DNA of 64,000 nucleotides from Escherichia coli (GTDB lineage Bacteria; Pseudomonadota; Gammaproteobacteria; Enterobacterales; Enterobacteriaceae): NCBI RefSeq assembly GCF_013122565.1, contig NZ_CP053258.1; one strand, 5' to 3'. Shown piece by piece: positions 61,101 to 64,000 of this stretch (position 1 is its first letter; each line of letters starts with the position of its first letter). The notes under the pieces were generated by a model. It saw only the letters and a program-made list of their open reading frames with translations, ran no database searches and was not told where the DNA came from. The position numbers and the translations under genes were made by a program.

Positions 61101-64000
61101 CCAGCATCTGTTTGACGTTTTTACAGATAGCGGATTCTGGTACACCGGTTTTCACCCAGTTATCCATACAAAAAGCTGCCAGCTGGCGTTCGAGAATAGC
61201 CGTTGCATTGAGGAAGACGCCAGGAGCCTGCACCTGGCCCTGCATCATCTCCAGCGGTTCTTCAAAGAAAAACTGATCGTGCGGGTTCCCTTCTGCCACG
61301 GTAATGTTTAACGCGTTACCATCTTTACGACCGGCGCGACCAATACGTTGCAAGTAGTTGGCCTGAGCAGGTGGGACAGAACAGAGTAAAACGGTGGAAA
61401 GATCCCCAACGTCAATACCCATCTCCAGCGTCGGTGTTGCCGACAACAGGTTGATATTCCACGGTTGGTTGCCGCGGTAGAACGATTTTTCGGTGGCTTC
61501 GCGATCTTCACGGCTAAGCAGCCCCGTGTGTTCTGCGCCCTGCACGCGCGCGATGTCCATGTTCTCCCAACGCCAGGTCGCCATATTGTCGACTTCCTGG
61601 TAACGACCTTCACAACGTAAAGAGAGACAAGGCGCATTACGCCACTGCCAGCCTTGATCGGCCGGAGCCCGGACAACCTCACGGCAACATGAGCAATTAA
61701 GCTGAACGACGTCACGGCTCACCACCAGCGCCGAAGGCACCAGTCCCCAGGCTTCACGCCCTTTGGTGTCAAAATCTTTTACTACTCCGGCTATTTTCAA
61801 CGCCGTAAACAGGCGTCGTAACACCGTTTCCGCAACGCTACTGATAAACAGATTATTGCCGTTACTCAGCGTGCGATTGATCCAATGCTGATACCAACTG
61901 GGGTTAGACTTCGCGCCAATCAGGCGATGGAAACCATTAATTTTTTCAAACGACGCATAAGCCGGTTTACGCGTTTTCGGACCGATAGAAGGCATATAGC
62001 GCGAGGTACGCTCTTTTTGCGTCATCATAAAGGTCGTGCCATCACGGCGATAACTTTCGAACGCCGGATGCATAACGGCCCCGGCCTGGCGTTGATACCA
62101 GATAACCCCCAGCGCCAGGTGCGCTACCTGCTCGACGCTCACACCGGACATCTCATCACCCAGCTCTTCACAAAGCTGTTGATGCAGGGCGGTAATTGCC
62201 GGATTAAAGCGTTCTTTATCCACTCCGGCAACGGCATAACCGGTGGCTTCCAGCGTACGTCCGATACGCGCGCGCAGGGTAAATTCGCTGTACACCTCCC
62301 AGTCGAGGCGCAGGGAAACCAGCTCCGGCAGATCGGAGTTCTCCGCCAGTTTGCCTTCATTTTTCAGCGTCTGATAATCATTCAGCCACTGCATATTTGG
62401 TGCGATGAAGTTCGCTGCAAAATGAGCATCGTCCGGTGAACGTTCACGCGTTTGTTGGCAAACACGCGCCGCGAACGCATCCAGCGGTAATGTCTCTTTT
62501 TCGCCAAGAACACTGGCGATTTGCCCACGAATCATCAGCGGCCAGGTACGGGCAGTAAAGAAGCTGGCACGATGCGCGGCGTCTTGTACCGAGTCAGAAA
62601 ACGTAATCAGCTTTTTATGTTCGTTGAACTGGCTGCCATAAAGCTGGTGAATCATCACCGCCGACAAACTAGCAGCCCGTGACCCCAGGATCGAAATCCC
62701 CTGTTTGCTGTTGCAGTACGGGCATTCATTAGCAAACTCCAGCTCGTCCTTACGCTCTTTGAGCATATCCGGGATCAGTACCTGCAACAGTTCCGTATGA
62801 CCGCAATATCCACACTGGACGCTGGACTGTCGGTTCAGTTTCAGACAGGTAGGGCATAGTTTCTGGTGTGCGCCACTGACCGCTTTTTCGTTGTTATCCG
62901 GGAAAGCAAGGACGATGGAGCGCCCTTTTTCAAAGAACTGGCGATAAATGCCGTCGAGGTCTGTTTCCAGCTGAACGCTTTGCCCATGACGCAGGCTGGC
63001 CCAGCCGGTTGCATGGCAGTCACGGCAGTGGATAACCGGCAAATAGTGTTCGCGATCTTCCACCGCCACATCATCGGCAAACACCAGTCTCGGCGTTTTC
63101 GCCACGCTGGCGACCAGACGACGCATCTCACGAAGCCACAACTGGGAACGCAGTTGCACAAACGGCAACACCGGGCGCGCTTTCTTCGCCTGGAGACGTT
63201 TTTGCCGATCGTGGTCCGTTTCCGGTACTTCGAGACGTGCCTGCGCGATCAGCGCCAGAATGCTTTGCAGCACGCTTCGGGCATGGTCGGCGCTTTCTGC
63301 CAGCATGACCTGGAGATTTTCCAGACACTCTCGTTCAGAGAGGATACCGCCTTGCAGATCATGGAGTAAGACATGCATCACGCTGTGGCGGCGTAACAGT
63401 GACCCCAGCGCAATACGCTTTTCACGCCCGTCGTCGCTCTCCAGATCGTCCGGAAGCTGCAAGTCGCTGTCGGGGAACCACAAAGGAATTTGCCCGTTGA
63501 GATACGCCACCGGGGTAGCGTAACTCTGCGGGTCCAGGGCCGAAGCGACCTCCGGCCCCGGATACTGACTGTACGCAATGGCGTAATCCTGCAAGTACTC
63601 CGCTGCCGTGTAGCGATCTTCGCGAATAACGGCGTCATCGGTAAACGGCTGGTCAAAGATTGTTTTTGCGTAATCGAGCAGTTGCCCCAGTTCGTCGCCG
63701 ACGGTAGCTGATGTCCCGACGCAGGCGAATCGTTGGTTATCCACACCTATGTGATGCTTCAGACGTCGCACCAGACAGGCCAGATCCGACCCCTGCGCGC
63801 CATCAAACGTATGCAATTCATCCACGACCAGGTAACGCAATGAACCGGGCTGGTTGTAACGCCAGAGCGGCTGATCGCCAGGGCGCATCAGCAGGTAGTC
63901 GAGCATTTTGTAGTTGGTCAACAGGATGTCCGGCGGGCTTTCGCGCAGCGTGTGCTTGCAGGTAATGACCTTTTCTGCCGACATTTTTTTGCTGGGTTCG
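58180..64000 (-). CDS. Giant multidomain SF2 (DExH) helicase with Zn-ribbons, DUF1998-like Cys cluster and Vsr/DUF559-like nuclease motif; 5-prime end beyond the window
   Basis: Over 1934 aa. Frame is open to the window edge and helicase motifs I/Ia are missing, so the N-terminus lies outside. Motif II VVDELHTF, motif III GTSAT, motif V ATPTLEMGIDVGDL, motif VI QRIGRAGR; CxxC pairs (CPTC...CGYCGH; CSHCN...CPKCG); LVIYDTVPGGTGSL plus CSCNNDTHKDGCYRCVYAYRD (DUF1998-like); CRPDYVLYP...VAIFLDGFAFH...WVWTVTW (Vsr/DUF559-like). Confidence 0.85.
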   Translation of the reverse strand, partial: EPSKKMSAEKVITCKHTLRESPPDILLTNYKMLDYLLMRPGDQPLWRYNQPGSLRYLVVDELHTFDGAQGSDLACLVRRLKHHIGVDNQRFACVGTSATVGDELGQLLDYAKTIFDQPFTDDAVIREDRYTAAEYLQDYAIAYSQYPGPEVASALDPQSYATPVAYLNGQIPLWFPDSDLQLPDDLESDDGREKRIALGSLLRRHSVMHVLLHDLQGGILSERECLENLQVMLAESADHARSVLQSILALIAQARLEVPETDHDRQKRLQAKKARPVLPFVQLRSQLWLREMRRLVASVAKTPRLVFADDVAVEDREHYLPVIHCRDCHATGWASLRHGQSVQLETDLDGIYRQFFEKGRSIVLAFPDNNEKAVSGAHQKLCPTCLKLNRQSSVQCGYCGHTELLQVLIPDMLKERKDELEFANECPYCNSKQGISILGSRAASLSAVMIHQLYGSQFNEHKKLITFSDSVQDAAHRASFFTARTWPLMIRGQIASVLGEKETLPLDAFAARVCQQTRERSPDDAHFAANFIAPNMQWLNDYQTLKNEGKLAENSDLPELVSLRLDWEVYSEFTLRARIGRTLEATGYAVAGVDKERFNPAITALHQQLCEELGDEMSGVSVEQVAHLALGVIWYQRQAGAVMHPAFESYRRDGTTFMMTQKERTSRYMPSIGPKTRKPAYASFEKINGFHRLIGAKSNPSWYQHWINRTLSNGNNLFISSVAETVLRRLFTALKIAGVVKDFDTKGREAWGLVPSALVVSRDVVQLNCSCCREVVRAPADQGWQWRNAPCLSLRCEGRYQEVDNMATWRWENMDIARVQGAEHTGLLSREDREATEKSFYRGNQPWNINLLSATPTLEMGIDVGDLSTVLLCSVPPAQANYLQRIGRAGRKDGNALNITVAEGNPHDQFFFEEPLEMMQGQVQAPGVFLNATAILERQLAAFCMDNWVKTGVPESAICKNVKQMLDELEFGRKSGFPYNLLRYIEQHHAEIAAQFTAIFPDLAAETRQQLLSYLQGAPGQRSLVQRIEEALKLLVEDRKSLRSRIDKLKRSIDKLENAPRDQNFDSDMRELTSERQALMALVNQINNKQTLNFLTDEGLLPNYAFPEAGITLRSVLWRRKEGGEAREYQNTTFEYERPASTALAELAPLNNFYAGGHKVEIEQIDLKVSEPENWRICSHCNYSENIDQTGDQHKYCPKCGTPGWADAGQKTTLLKLRQVYARASARDSQISDESDSREPAFFQRQLLVSFEKEDVSAAYAIEEGEVPFGFEFLSKVTLRDINFGKMADDANELMIAGEAKKRTGFKVCLGCGMVQRPRDHEPRHDLSCKYRTEPEKAKFEDYLYLYRQLESEALRILLPVSSYSNDRVVEASLGAAIQLGLKHYFKGNVDHLKGVVYREPENEGESWRQYLVIYDTVPGGTGSLKELMRTPDNLLKLLELAYQAIVECSCNNDTHKDGCYRCVYAYRDRGRMKYVSRDQARLLLAKILQARDSIRVIDSIKNISLEAMMGSELEKRFISCLQENKNLIVSRSYAHQGAGWIINTRSEPMMSWHLKAQVDLGAKEAVGIPCRPDYVLYPLMQSDAIKPVAIFLDGFAFHKNSVAEDVQKRQAIRDSGNFWVWTVTWADLKEPGLKHVQDVLGLGHNPDMKQPKFYNLFHDTNFAALEASFRERNSFALLLDYLADPGGRTQLWQRMAAAHAWVWLDVKKSQDAGTKQKYAYEMQENAPAWRLAELLPDEPFVFGGLLDSCNSSQQFIELASVLPQQAIKPTTSVAQMRSWLRLHICFDDRYTQDDGYEAGLNGFWRLVNLLQFLPDMTFTSRKAVHLPQESVDTKVSATPEAVPETDESWAEIIEFGLLSAEEIALLQSHSLSAPTLGYELQNDEGEIIAEADLAWPSQKWALIIDNQEFIPLFTTRGWHVAFGPIDENTLQHLSGGDK

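Overview
This window reads as an Escherichia coli chromosomal segment (K-12-like backbone, about 99-100 min, in reverse orientation relative to K-12 numbering). Gene identities below come from my recognition of the translated ORFs, not from a database search. Backbone order: yjjB (3-prime end), dnaT, dnaC, yjjA, opgB, lgoD-lgoR-lgoT, tsr, btsT, yjiX, yjiA, then a variable block, then yjiS, yjiR, rpnD, mdtM, yjiN, yjiM, yjiL, yjiK, yjiJ, kptA, yjiH, yjiG, iadA, hypT, iraD, yjiC, uxuR, uxuB, uxuA. Non-backbone insertions sit between these: (1) an AT-rich orphan ORF between tsr and btsT; (2) at the position of the K-12 immigration control region (between yjiA and yjiS), a brnTA toxin-antitoxin pair, a GmrSD-like DUF262/DUF1524 enzyme followed by a Doc/Fic-like gene whose catalytic His is replaced by Gln, a Type I R-M operon in M-S-R order with an internally duplicated HsdS, and an AT-rich membrane ORF; (3) an AT-rich pentapeptide-repeat protein between yjiL and yjiK; (4) a 1746-aa inverse-autotransporter adhesin between yjiJ and kptA; (5) beyond the uxuA promoter, where K-12 has gntP, a translationally coupled two-gene cassette. 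That cassette is the strongest candidate for an undescribed or poorly described defence system: a giant (over 1934 aa, truncated by the window edge) SF2 helicase with Zn-ribbons, a DUF1998-like Cys cluster and a Vsr/DUF559-like nuclease motif, followed by a 704-aa UvrD-like SF1 helicase. No rRNA, tRNA, CRISPR array, transposase or integrase was recognised.
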